This document shows, in pieces, positions 13,560-25,664 of a stretch of 64,000 bases of DNA; position 1 is the stretch's first letter; every line of letters starts with the position of its first letter. The stretch is taken from positions 186,001-250,000 of the forward strand of contig CATOCA020000002.1 of the NCBI GenBank assembly GCA_951406725.2, written 5' to 3'. Made by a program: the position numbers and the translations under genes. This DNA comes from Octopus vulgaris. Its lineage: Eukaryota. The notes below the pieces were generated by a model. It made no database searches. It was not told the DNA's origin and saw only the letters and a list, made by a program, of their open reading frames with translations.

Positions 13560-14642
13560 CAACATGGGGCATCCAAAAAATATGCAACTGAAAAAAAAAA
13601 ATTTAGCAGCAAAGGCACAACATCAGAGAGAAAGAGTAAAACCAGGGCAAAGCGACTGAAACAGATGTTTGAATATGCACAGAGACATAGACATGATTCT
13701 GTTTCTGTTACACATGACCAACTGGTTAGGGTATCTCGAGAGGAGAATATTCTTCTTCAAAATAATGCTGTCAGATCACAAATTGTTGATGCAACACTAA
13801 AGAGATAATTTCTTTGGGATCATGTGGATGTAGTGGAATTGACAACCAATCTAAGACTTCTTACAGAAGGTTGTTCTGATGAAAGAGAGTTTGCTAATTA
13901 CCTTCTTGATGTAGGAAATGGTAACATTTCTGTTGAACTAGCCTAGGTGAATTCAAAATCAAACTACCCAATGACCTTGAAAGTTGTACTCTTTCAGATC
14001 TATGTGATTTTGTATATGCTGACCTCAAAAATAACTTCACAAACCCTGTGTGGCTTGCAAATAGAACATTACTACTCCAACAAATGAAGCAGCACAAGTT
14101 GTGATTGATTTTCTGTTGACTAGGATCCCTGGTAAGCTAAAAATATACAGAAGCTCAGATACAGTTGATAATGAAACGCTGTACCCAACTGAGTTTATCG
14201 ACAAACTTACACCATCAGGGTTTCCACCACACATTCTCAAACTAAAGAAAATATGCTGCATAATGCTTCTGAGAAATTTAGATGCTACTAATGGATATTG
14301 CAATGGCATATGCTACATCATTATCAGTTTACATGATCATGTTATTGAGGCTGAAGTTGCTTCTGGTCCTTATGCAGGACCAACTCTGCTAAACCCAAGA
14401 ATACCACATGTATCTCCAAGAAATGGAATTTCCATTCACATTTACATGCAAACAATTTCCTGCCAAGCCAGCTTTTGACTTGACATCCAACAAGGCACAG
14501 TGATAGACTTTTGAACAAATTGTAATATATCTTCTGACACAATTCTTCTCAGAAGGTCAGATGTACGTTGCATTATGTAGAGTTTGAAAGAAGGTTAATG
14601 TAAAAATATTGGCTGAGAGAAATGGAAACAGTATGATTACTG

Positions 14643-14650
<8 letters not shown>
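13560..14650 (+). pseudogene. Helitron Rep/Hel fragment (PIF1-like helicase C-terminus)
   Basis: LLDVGNG, YPTEFIDKLTPSGFPPHILKLK, IMLLRNLD...CNG, PRI, QFPAKPAFDLTSNKAQ, GQMYVALCRV. Confidence 0.85.
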
Positions 14651-14682
<32 letters not shown>

Positions 14683-14793
14683 CGACGGGCTTCTTTCAGT
14701 TTCCATCTATCAAATCCACTCACATGGCTTTGGTAGGCCTGAAGGTTAATGTAAAAATATTGGCTGAGAGAAATGGAAACAGTATGATTACTG

Positions 14794-14841
<48 letters not shown>

Positions 14842-14842
<1 letters not shown>

Positions 14843-15000
14843 GACGGGCTTCTTTCAGTTTCCGTCTATCAAATCCACTCACATGGCTTTGGTAGGCCTG
14901 AGGCTATAGTACAAAACACTTACCCAAGGTGCCATGCAGTGAGACTGAGCCCAAAACCATGTGGTTGGTAAGCAAGCTACTTACCACATAACCACTCCAT
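14842..15000 (-). mobile_element. Short SINE (same family as 55175-55336, 63110-63256, 63300-63440)
   Basis: Head ggagtgg..tgtggtaagtagcttgct, core gcaccttggg.aagtg, tail gaaagaagcccgtcg. Confidence 0.8.
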
Positions 15001-15060
15001 AGGTATTATATATATATATATATACACATACATATAGATATTATGTATATGTTTATATGT

Positions 15061-15304
15061 GGCGGCACATGGCCTAGTGGCTAGAGCAGCAGACTGGCGG
15101 TCAAGGAATTGTGGGTTCGAATCTCAGACCAGGTGATATGTGTGTTTATGAGCAAAACACCTAAGCTCCACACGGCCCCAAAAGAAGGTAATGGCGAAGC
15201 TCTGCTGACTCTTTTACCACAACTTTCTTTCCTCCTGCATCTTGCAGCTCACCTGCAACAGACCGGCGTGGGGAACCTATACACAAGGGAAACCGGGAAA
15301 CCAG

Positions 15305-15305
<1 letters not shown>
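15061..15305 (+). mobile_element. tRNA-derived SINE
   Basis: A box tggcctagtgg, B box ggttcgaatct, then gtgtttatgagcaaaacacctaa. Confidence 0.8.
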
Positions 15306-15383
<78 letters not shown>

Positions 15384-15628
15384 TATAGATATTATATATA
15401 TATATATAGATATTATATATATATAGATATAGATATTATATATATATATATATATATATAGATAGATATAGATATAGATATATATATATATAGATATTAT
15501 ATATATATAGATATAGATATTATATATATATATATAGATATTATATATATATAGATATAGATATTATATATATATATATAGATATATATATGTGTGTGTG
15601 TGTGTGTGTGTATGTATATATATATATG
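15306..15628. repeat. Compound (TA)n/(TAGA)/(TG)n microsatellite, representative of dozens across the window
   Basis: Directly visible. Confidence 0.95.
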
Positions 15629-16136
15629 TCAGCTCACTTTCGAGTGCTTGTCGGGGAGTAAACCGGCAACCCCACCAAGCTTGCTTGGTGAGGTGGGTGT
15701 TTATTGGACACCCTGCGGGATGATAACAAAACCCGCCAAAGGGCGGAGGAACTCTTGAGAGTCAACGGCCATCCAATAAATGTCTTAAGGCTGTATCATG
15801 CGCGGGGACATAGAAATAATCGGACTGAATACCCAATCGTGCGGTTAAACCATTGGGAGTGAGGGATGCCTAGCCTTTGTTAGGGCATCCTTCTAGGTGA
15901 AGGTAACTCAGGTAACTGGGATAACTCCGACATAAAACCTGCGGCTCAGTGGCTACCGATGATGTTGACTTGTTCTTCTTTTCAGATTATGGCTGCTGTT
16001 GCTTTGTGAGTGGGACTGACTCAGTGCACAGCCTTTCCTCACTTAAAAAAAATCTTCTTGCACAGGCATTGCATGATAACAACATTGATTAAGCTTCGTG
16101 CAATGGTCATACTCGATAACGAGGGGGCAGCCACCA
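15629..16136 (+). mobile_element. ORF-less, GC-rich, highly structured ~0.5 kb insertion (possibly RTE 5'-UTR-derived)
   Basis: Sharp boundaries between (TA)n tracts; several perfect hairpins; motif agggcatccttctaggtgaaggtaactc. Confidence 0.5.
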
Positions 16137-16473
16137 TATATATATATAATTTCCTCTAATCGCCATTTTGAGGAGAAATCTTGGTTTCAACAAAAAGGAA
16201 GAAATGTATTGGTATTTGCATTTTTCTTGTTCTATTTCACATTTAAACACAGACATTTTTATTCTGATGTATAATTTTATATCTTATATAATTTGTATTT
16301 GACATTATGTACTTGACTTTGTAAGGTTGATATTTATAATGTATAATTTATAAGTTTTAATTCTTAATATTACAAAGTATAATTTTTATTTTTAATTTTT
16401 AATTTTTTATTTGCTTAATTTAACACTTATTTTTTAAAGGGATGTAAAATTAGATTAACAATACTTTGAAAAA

Positions 16474-16607
16474 GAACCTGAAGATGTGCTGGAATAATTA
16501 TAAATCTGATGATTACACATATATATATTTATATATGTATATATATATGTATACATTTGTGTGTATGTATATATTGTAATCTTCCAATACTGAAACACGA
16601 GTAGTTC
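16474..16607 (+). ncRNA. Type-I hammerhead ribozyme with a microsatellite in loop II
   Basis: gaac CTGAAGA tgtgctgga...tccaatact GAAA cacgag TA gttc. Confidence 0.75.
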
Positions 16608-18344
16608 CGTCATGATAAATTTAAGTGTTAACTTAAGTAGGAAATAATTAAGGAAGTATATTATGTACCCTGCTGACATACTGTTTATATCCTTTAAAGT
16701 ATTATTTCATGACGTGCAAATGGATACCATGAGTTTACTATTGGATATACCCATTAGGTTATTTTTTTTTGTATTATCTGAAATAGAATACCCGCATATC
16801 TATTAATCCCCCAAAACTGAATTATTATTGACTTTTATCAGATACTTTGTATATTTCTAGATAAATATATAAATATATGATAAAGAATATCCCAAGGTAT
16901 GATATGTAGATGCATGTAATGCTGAAGGGTTGTACCTGATTGATTTGGAAATTCATTTTCCCACATTATTTAAATTAATCATACAATATGGATCTATTAG
17001 GTAGGATTGAGGTGATAGAGTGGAACTCATCTTTGAAGGATATACCTATTCCTAGTAGGAAAGAATATACACAGGACCTGATTAACCAGCGAAAAGAATT
17101 TATAAATAGAATGAAATGGAAGGCTCACTACTGCAATAACAACAATCCTAATAAGAATAATGCTAACATGGAAGATATAGACTACATAAAAAGAAACTTC
17201 AAATCTAAGCAGGAACCTCCCAATAATAGAATTATACAGGACTTTGAGGAGAAAATATGGAATATGGTGAAAAATATCAAATTCAAAAAATACCCTAACA
17301 GACACAACAAGCACCTCAGCAACTTAGCTAGAAAAATAGAAATATTAAAGAACTAAGATGGTGTTATAGTACAATCTGATGAGACCAGGAATTTATACAG
17401 ACTAGATACACCACTTCATGATAACCTACTAGAAAAGGAAATAATGAAAAAAATATAAGGTAGTTAATAAGAATTATTTAGATAATCCCCCCACCCAATT
17501 ATGGTTAAATATGGTATTGAAAATACAATTGAAGCATATGTCCTGATGCATCCAAAAATAAGGATTAAAGACCATAAGGATAATTTTTACTCAAACCTCC
17601 AAGTAAGGCTAATATGCCCAAGCAAGTCAGATATAGGCAGATTAGTAAATTAATATTAGATAAATATATCGTTAAATTAAATAGGATAGGTAACCTTAAA
17701 CTCTGGAATTGTATCCGAGATACTATAAAATGGTTTAATAATATTCAGGATAAAAATAGATGTAAATTCCTTCAAATTGATGTAGAGAATTATTATTCAT
17801 CTATAAATGAAGTGGTTTTAAATAAGGCCCTATCATATGCCATGAGAAAGGTAAATATGTCATTTGAAGAAGTCAAAGTGGTGTTGGCCACGATGAAGTC
17901 TATTATAACTACCTACTACTTATATCTAGGAACTGTACTAATAGGCCATTAGAATGCCTTACAAAGAAAATGTACAAGTTCTTTAAGAATTATGGCCTAG
18001 GGATATCTATAGAGAATGAACAATATGCAGTAAGTTATGTAGACATCAACCTTAATCTAGTCACTAATAAGACCCATCCATTCTATAAGTTGAATGAAAG
18101 CTTAAAGTATATTAGTTCTTTAAGTAACCATCCTAGATCAGTTAAAGAAGTTTTAATAGATGATATAAGCAAAAGAATATCTATGTTATCCTCAGATTAT
18201 GACACTTTTAATAAACATGCTCCATATTATAATAAAGCATTAAAAGAAGCAGGATATAACTCTAATATAAAATTCTTTAATTATTACGAACACAATAATA
18301 GAACAAGTAATCCTAATAAAACTAATAATAATTCTAACTGTGAA

Positions 18345-18680
18345 GGCGCATGGCTCAGTGGTTAGAGCGTCGAGCTTACGATCGTGAGGTTGTGAGCTCG
18401 AATCCCGGACCGGGCTGCGTGTTGTGTTCTTGAGCAAGACACTATATTTCACGTTGCTCCAGTTCACTCAGCTGTAGAAATGAGTTGCGACGTCACGAGT
18501 GCCAAGCTGTATCGGCCTTTGCCTTTCCCTTGGATAACACTGGTGGCGTGGAGAGGGGAGGCCGGTATGCATGGGCGACTGCTGGTCTTCCATAAACAAC
18601 CATGCCCAGACTTGTGACTAGGAGGGTAACTTTCTAGGTGCAATCCCATGGTCAGTGTCGTGACCGAAGGGGGTCCCGGA
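18345..18680 (+). mobile_element. Full-length tRNA-derived SINE nested in PLE
   Basis: A box tggctcagtgg, B box-like gagctcgaatccc, core gtgttcttgagcaagacact; possible TSD aattctaa. Confidence 0.9.
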
Positions 18681-19518
18681 TCCCGGAATTCTAATAGTAA
18701 AAATATGAATAATAATAAAAGACAATATAACAAACTAAATATGGATCAAAACAATATAGATGTTATTAATGATTACAATAATAATAGTAATATTGATAAT
18801 GAGAATATGATCAATAGTAAGAAAAATAGTAAATTATACAGAGATATAATACACCTGAGAATAACAATTTAATAACGACAATGTCTAATAATGATAATAT
18901 AAAAATAAAAAGTATATTATATGGTTAATTATTCTGTATGGGGCTCAAGTGATAACTAATATTATTAAGGAGACACTTAAAATTGTAAGAATTTTTTTTT
19001 TAAAAAAGGATAACAGTTATTCAAATATATTTTCCAATAAAACCATAAGAGTGGGATACTCAACACCGAGAAATGTTGATAATATCATTTCCTCTATAAA
19101 TAATAGCAAATTAAATAATTATTATAATAGCATAATAAATAATAGCTCTAGCCATAATACAACCGATAGTGATAAAAGTCTTAATCAACATACAGAAAAA
19201 TGTTCATGTTGTGATAAGACTAAATGTAAGCTCTCTAATAATTGTAATATTGATAATGTGATTTATAAATGTATACTAAGCCCCAAGAACAATAATAATA
19301 AAATTATAAGGTTTATATTGGATCAACAGCTACTGAAATTAAAAAAAGAATATCCCAACACTATCAGACCTTCAAACATCCTAATTTAAGTAAGTCCATG
19401 TCATAAGGTATGTTATTAATAATATTACAAGGATGGTTACTCTGTGCATGTATATCAGTAATATTGTTATTGGGTTTATAGTATGGTTGGTAAAATGATG
19501 TAGTGAGGTTAAAATTTA

Positions 19519-19559
<41 letters not shown>

Positions 19560-19639
19560 TGTATGTATATATATTATGTGTGTGTCTCTCTCTCTATATA
19601 TATATACATATACAGATATGTGTGTGTGTGTGCATGTGT

Positions 19640-20670
19640 ATGACAGGGACCTTCACTTTGTGGCTGGCAACTTCAATGGGCATGTTGGACAACATACAGG
19701 AGCTCCCATGGTATACATGGAGGCTATGATTTTGGTTTCCGCACTGAGGAGGGAACCAGGCTGCTGGAGTTCTGCGATGCAAATGATCTTATGGTTTGTA
19801 ATTCTAACTTCAGGAAACCTGTTAGTCACCTATTCACCTACCTATCTGGTGGACACACTAGTCAAATTGACTACATCCTTGTCAGGAAACAGGAAAGATG
19901 GCTAAAACCTTCCCAGGTGAAAAATGCATCCCACGACAGATTAGTCATTAGTGACTTCAGGATCAGGGCTAAAGATGCCTAGAAGACAACCAGCATTGAG
20001 AAGAAGTGTCTGGAAGCTTAAGGATCCTGCAAATGGACAGAGATTTAGAGATGTAATACTCAAAGCTTCTGACAAAATAGAGGAGGATATAGCAACACAT
20101 GATGTGTAAGACAACAGGCGGATTCTACGAGACAAGTTATTGAGGGCTACTGACCAGATCTGTGTATGGTGCAATGTCTCCTCTTGACCCAAGGTAATGT
20201 AGTGGTAGAACAATGTAGTTGACAGGGCCATTAGGGAAAAGAAACAGGCATGAAAGGACTGGAAGAATGGTGGTAGCAGGGAATTATATAAGACTGCCAG
20301 AAGGGAAGCTAGGAGACAGGTTCACTGAGCCAGAGGAGAAGCAGATAAGAAAAAAAATTGTCAGTGTTCTACATTGTGAGGACCAAAGACTTGAAGTGTT
20401 TTGTGTTGCAAGACAGTGTGTGAGAGAGAATCGTGATGTCATAGGAGAGAAACATGTCTGTATGAATGATGGCTCACTTGCATTTAATGAGGCTTCAAGG
20501 AGAGAGACTCTGAGACACCACTATAAAAGTTGCTAAATGAAGAGAATGAATGGGAGAAAGAGAGTCTGCCGAATGTCATCCCAAAATTAGGGACCAGTTA
20601 TCCGAATTGACAGTACCTTGATAGATAAAGCAAATAAGAGTATGAAGACAGGGAAAGCCCCCAGCCCATC
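19640..20670 (+). mobile_element. RTE LINE fragment (APE endonuclease to pre-RT)
   Basis: AGNFNGHVG, NSNFRKP...SQIDYILVR, RLVISDF, KTGKAP. Confidence 0.85.
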
Positions 20671-20674
20671 AATA

Positions 20675-23045
20675 ACTTTCTTATTGACTCCTCAGTTAAA
20701 TTGATTTGTCCTTCTAAATCTAATATAGGTATTATTAGTAAAAAAAATCATTGACAGGGTAATACCTGTCCTTAAGTCTAAAATTAGATTAGCCCTCTGG
20801 TCTGATATCCTAGAGGTGGTTGAATGGTTCAAGCTTCTAGAAATTAGTAAGACTAGTAAATTCTTGCAACTAGATATAAAGAGTTACTATGCCACTATCA
20901 ACCTGATTGTTCTTAATCAAGCCATGATTTTTAGCATAAAAATTCCGATTTGTCCCGACGTGAAACAGATGTTATACTTGCAGTGCGAGCTACTCTAGTA
21001 GATTCTGATGGTAGATTATGGAGTAGATTAGATACAGAAAATGCATTTGATATAACAATGGGCCCACACAATTCTGCTCAGGCCAGTGACCTAGTCAGAA
21101 TATATATCCTTTCATTAATCCAGACTTCCTTTCTGGAAATAACAGGGGGTCTATACAGGTATGATGCCTTATTTTTTCTAGAAAGAAGTAGTAAAGTACA
21201 GTTAGAAAGGCATAGGAAATATTTCTTCAGACTTTTCAAAAATTTAGGACTAAACATTACTATATGTAAAGGTTATCATAGAGTGAATTTTCTTGATTCC
21301 ACCTTCTGTCTTGATACTGGATTATTTGAATCATTTCATAAGCCAAATGATCATATTAAGTACATTAACATAGCATCCAATCATCCACCCTTAATTATAT
21401 GGGGTCTAGTTAAGAATATTTCTATAAGAATCTCTAGATCATCTGCTAACAATAACATTTTCGAATTTTATGCATCTTATTATAATGATGCTCTAGCAAG
21501 AAGCAGGCATAAGCAATGCTAGTAATTCCTACAACTACAATGCATATCATATACCACCACAATGTTACTGTTTGAGAACTCACTTGGATAAAGAATACAG
21601 GCCAGAAAGAAGTGGTCATATCAATGAACTACCAATGAAACTCATAGACACAAGTGACATAATAATCTAACTGCTTGTTCCAATCCTGTACAACACACTC
21701 AATCAAATAAGCCTAACAACAGATATAGGAATCAGGATGTCCTCTGGCTCAACCCCATTTTTGATTTGCATGTTTCAACCAAGATTGCTGGAAAATTTGT
21801 TGCTGCTTTGGACAAGTGATTTCCTAAATCTAATCAGTATTTAGAGCAGCTTATGCATTGCCTAAACAATAGCAAAATGTGTTAAAGTTTCAATAACCCA
21901 CCTACTGGATCTAGCAAACATTTGCATTTAGATGTAAACCGCATTGATAAACCCCAACTACAACCAATTTGTAGTAGTAGAAATACTCATGGTACAGCTG
22001 GCACAGTAACAACGCTGGTTAATGGAGTCAGGGATGTCTTATATACAAATAAATACGATAAATGCTCATGCAGAGAAAAATCAAAACGTCCTTTGATGAA
22101 TATCTGTTTGAGTACAAATTTTGTATATAAATCTACTGTGCACACAAGGGGAGGGCCATATGTTTACATTGGGCAGACGGCTGATGCATTTAAGAATCGT
22201 TATCATAACCATGTTGCCAACTTTAAGACAATCAATAAGAGACATTCAACATCTTTGGCATATTTTGTATGGTGACTGAAGGAGAATAAAACAAAGTACA
22301 GCATTAACTGGTCCATAGTAAGGTAAGCAAAACCATACAATATAATTTCCAGAAGATGCAGTCTCTGATCCAAGGAATCCCTGTCTCTTCTGTGGACTAA
22401 TGAGAAAATAATTGATAGAATTTTTGAACAACTCTCAAGATGCCTACATGCATATAAATGTACTTTCACACAATGCAGTGAGAATGAATTTTGAGTAACC
22501 ATTAACTTAATTTAATTCAATTTAATTTAAGGTATACATGACTTAAGTTTACTTTTAACCTCCCCATTCTTATAAACACCAAGTAAATAACTAACTTTGT
22601 GATCATGAGTGCAACAAACCTTACATGTGCATATGCTCACAATTTTGCAGATGCTTGAATGAGCCTGTGTACCATGCAGCTTGCCCAATGGCGTTTATGC
22701 ATCTATATCTGTTAACAGTTATTTTTATTATGTTTCTGGCTGGATTACATGTTCGTTCCTCTTTTTGTCATCTGTGATTTTATTTTAGATCTTCTATATA
22801 AATGAAGATATATCCTCTGTCAGGCTGTTTTTCTCTCTATAAAATGGAAAGTTAGATTGTGGAAGAGTCATTTTAACAAGTATTTATTTATCACCTGATG
22901 AGATACATCTGCACCACTGGATGCTCTTGAACCAGTTGTTGAGCGTCCCACTCAAGAGGAATCGATGCTGGATGTGTCAAAACAATTGTCGTGATTAATA
23001 ATTCTCATATGTTCTATCTTCTGTCTTTCATTTGTTATATAAATA
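20675..23045 (+). mobile_element. Naiad-like PLE, 5'-truncated, with 3' pseudo-LTR
   Basis: FLQLDIKSYY, FDITMG, GGLYRYD, SNHPP, CSCREKSK, VYK...YIGQT...FKNRY. Confidence 0.9.
22890..22995 (+). ncRNA. Type-I hammerhead motif (GAAA mutated to AAAA)
   Basis: atcac CTGATGA gatacatc...gatgtgtc aAAA caattg TC gtgat. Confidence 0.75.
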
Positions 23046-23227
23046 TTATATATATATATATATGAAAATTAGAAAAAACCACCTTTTATCAATTCAAAAT
23101 GAACAATTAAATTACACCATCTAGAAAATTACATATAATAGAAATATTAAAATTAAAATAACAATAATATACCGATGATTAAGTAAATTGCAAAATAATT
23201 ATAAAAACGTATATATATTTGGTAGAA

Positions 23228-23332
23228 TAATGACACGTGTTTCGTGGCTATATTTAAGAAATGATTATAGTAAAAAAATTAATAGTAGTAGTAAAATCAC
23301 TTCAATATAAATATAGCCACTCATCAGGTTAA
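23228..23332 (-). ncRNA. Type-I hammerhead ribozyme in a solo pseudo-LTR fragment
   Basis: aac CTGATGA gtggctatattta...taaatatagccac GAAA cacgtg TC att. Confidence 0.8.
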
Positions 23333-23369
23333 AAATAAACTAGAATAATAAAATAATTAATTAATATAT

Positions 23370-25615
23370 ATCATCATCATCATCATCATCGTTTAACATC
23401 CGCTTTCCATGCTAGCATGGGTTGGACAGTTCAACTGGGGTCTGGGAAGCCAGAAGGCTGCACCAGACCCAGTCTGATCTGGCAGTGTTTCTACAGCTGG
23501 ATGCCCTTCCTAACACCAACCACTCTGTGAGTGTAGTGGGTGCCTTTTACGTGCCACCGGCACAGGTGCCAGACGAGGCTGGCAAACGGCCACGATCGGA
23601 TGGTGCTTTTAACATGCCACCGGCACGGAGGCCAGACGAGGCTGGCAATGGCCACAATCGGATGGTGCTTTTTACGTGCCACCGGCATGGAGGCCAGTTG
23701 GGGCGGCGCTGGCAATGGCCACATTCGGATGGTTCTCTTATGTGCCACCGGCACTGGTATCGCAGCTACAATTTTCATTGATGTTGATCGATTTCGATTT
23801 TGATTTTCACTTGCCTCAACAGGTCTTCACAAGTAGAGTTTTGTGTCCCAAGAAGGGAAGGTATGCATAAGTGGACTGGCTACATCCCAGGTAGAGGCCA
23901 CGGGTTATGGTCTCACTTGTCCTGCCGGGTCTTCCCACGCCAAGCATACTTCCAAAGGTCTCGGTCTCTAGTCATTTCCTTGGTGAGACCTAAAGTTCGA
24001 AGGTCGTGCGTCACCACCTCGTCCCAGGTTTTGCTGGGTCTACCTCTTCCACAGGTACCCTAAACCGCTAGGGTATGGCACTTTTTCACACAACTATCTT
24101 CATCCATTCTCGCCACATGACAATACCAGCGCAAACGTCTCTCTTGCACACCACAACTGATGCTTCTTAGGTCCAACTTTTCTCTCAAGGTACTTACACA
24201 CTGTCGAGTATGAACACTGATATTACACATCTATCGGAGCATACTGGCTTCATTTCTTGCGAGCTTACGCATATCCTCAGCAGTCATGGCCCATGTTTCA
24301 CTGCCATCTAGCATGGCTGTTCATACACATGCATCATACAGTCTGCCTTTTACTCTGAGCGAGAGGCCTTTTGTCACCAGCAGAGGTAAGAGCTCCCTGA
24401 ACTTTGCCCAGGCTATTCTTACTCTAGCAGTTACACTTTCAGCACACCCGCCCCCGCTGCTGACTTGGTCCCCTAGGTAACGGAAGCTATCAACTATTTC
24501 TAGTTTTCCTCCCTGGAATGAGGCGGAAGTTGGTCTCTGCGCATTTTCAGTGTTTATTGCTCCTGAGCATCTGCCACATACAAAAACTATCTTCCTAGTT
24601 AGCCTTCCTTTGACATTGCATCTCTTATGTATCCATAGCTTACACTTGGTGCATCTTATAGAGTTTCTACCAACACCTTTTCTACAGATCGAGCAGGGTC
24701 ATCTACCTGAAGGCATTTGTGATTTGCCTGCCTTCCTACGAAATAGGACTTTGGTTTTAGCTAGGTTGACCCTAAGGCCTTTCGATTCTAATCCTTGTCT
24801 CCACACTTGAAACTTTGCCTCTAGTTCTGATAGTGACTTAGCAATTAGAGCAAGGTCATCAGCGTAGAGGAGCTCCCAGGGGCATCCTGTCTTGAATTCC
24901 TCCGTTATTGCCTGGAGGACTATGATAAATAGGAGGGGGCTAAGAACTGAAGCTTGGTGGACTCCTACCTCTACCCGGAATTCTTCACTGTACTCATTGC
25001 CAACACTCACCTTACAGCGTCCCTGTACATGGCTTGCACAGCTCTCACTAACCATTCATCTATCCCTAGTTTCCTCATTGACCACCAGATAAGGGATTGG
25101 GGGACCATGTCAAAGGCTTTCTCCATGTCAACGAAAGCCAGGTACAGGGGCTTATCTTCGGTTAGGTATTTCTCCTGCTGCTGTCTTACCAGAAATATGG
25201 CATCAGTGGTACTTTTCCCTTGCACGAACCCAAACTGCATCTCATCTAAACTAACTCTCTCTCTAATTAGTTGGGCTTTGACCTTCTCCGTAACCTTCAT
25301 TACCTGATCCAACAGCTTGATACCTCTGTAATTATTTGTATCTAGGGCGTCACCTTTACCTTTGTAGCAGTTGACTATCATGCTGCTACACCAGTCATTG
25401 GGTATGACTCCTTCGTGTATCACTTGGTTAACTATATGGGTGACTAGGCTATAGCCGACACTACCAGATATTTTAAGCATCTCTGCAGTAATTCCTGATG
25501 GGCCTGGGACTTTCCCTGTCTTCATGCTTCTAATTGCCTTAACTACTAAGGAACTGTCAACTCGGATAGCTGGTCCCTCTGTTGGGTTGACATTTGGCAG
25601 ACTCTCTTTATCCCC
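23370..25615 (-). mobile_element. RTE LINE, 5'-truncated (RT, Cys-rich insert, 3' UTR, (GAT)n tail)
   Basis: ORFs 25007-25525 and 24699-25055: YRGIKLL, QFGF, DMEKAFD, HQASVLSP, LYADDL. Confidence 0.92.
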
Positions 25616-25664
25616 TTCTATAAATCCATTATATAAACTAAGTATATTATTAATATGTATTTAT

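Larger units (their letters stand above)
16300..19400 (+). mobile_element. Degenerate near-full-length Naiad-like PLE (5' pseudo-LTR, RT, GIY-YIG)
   Basis: SLKDIPIPSRKEY, FINRMKWKA, IKDHKDNF, FLQIDVENYYSSI, SNHP, CSCCDKTKC, VIYKC. Confidence 0.9.

Noticed and set aside
14101-14478. Host PIF1 helicase gene
   Set aside because: Intronless, with stops and frameshifts in flanking frames; Helitron-type sequence
18345-18415. Possible tRNA gene (also 15061-15135)
   Set aside because: No proper acceptor stem or terminator; continues into a SINE body
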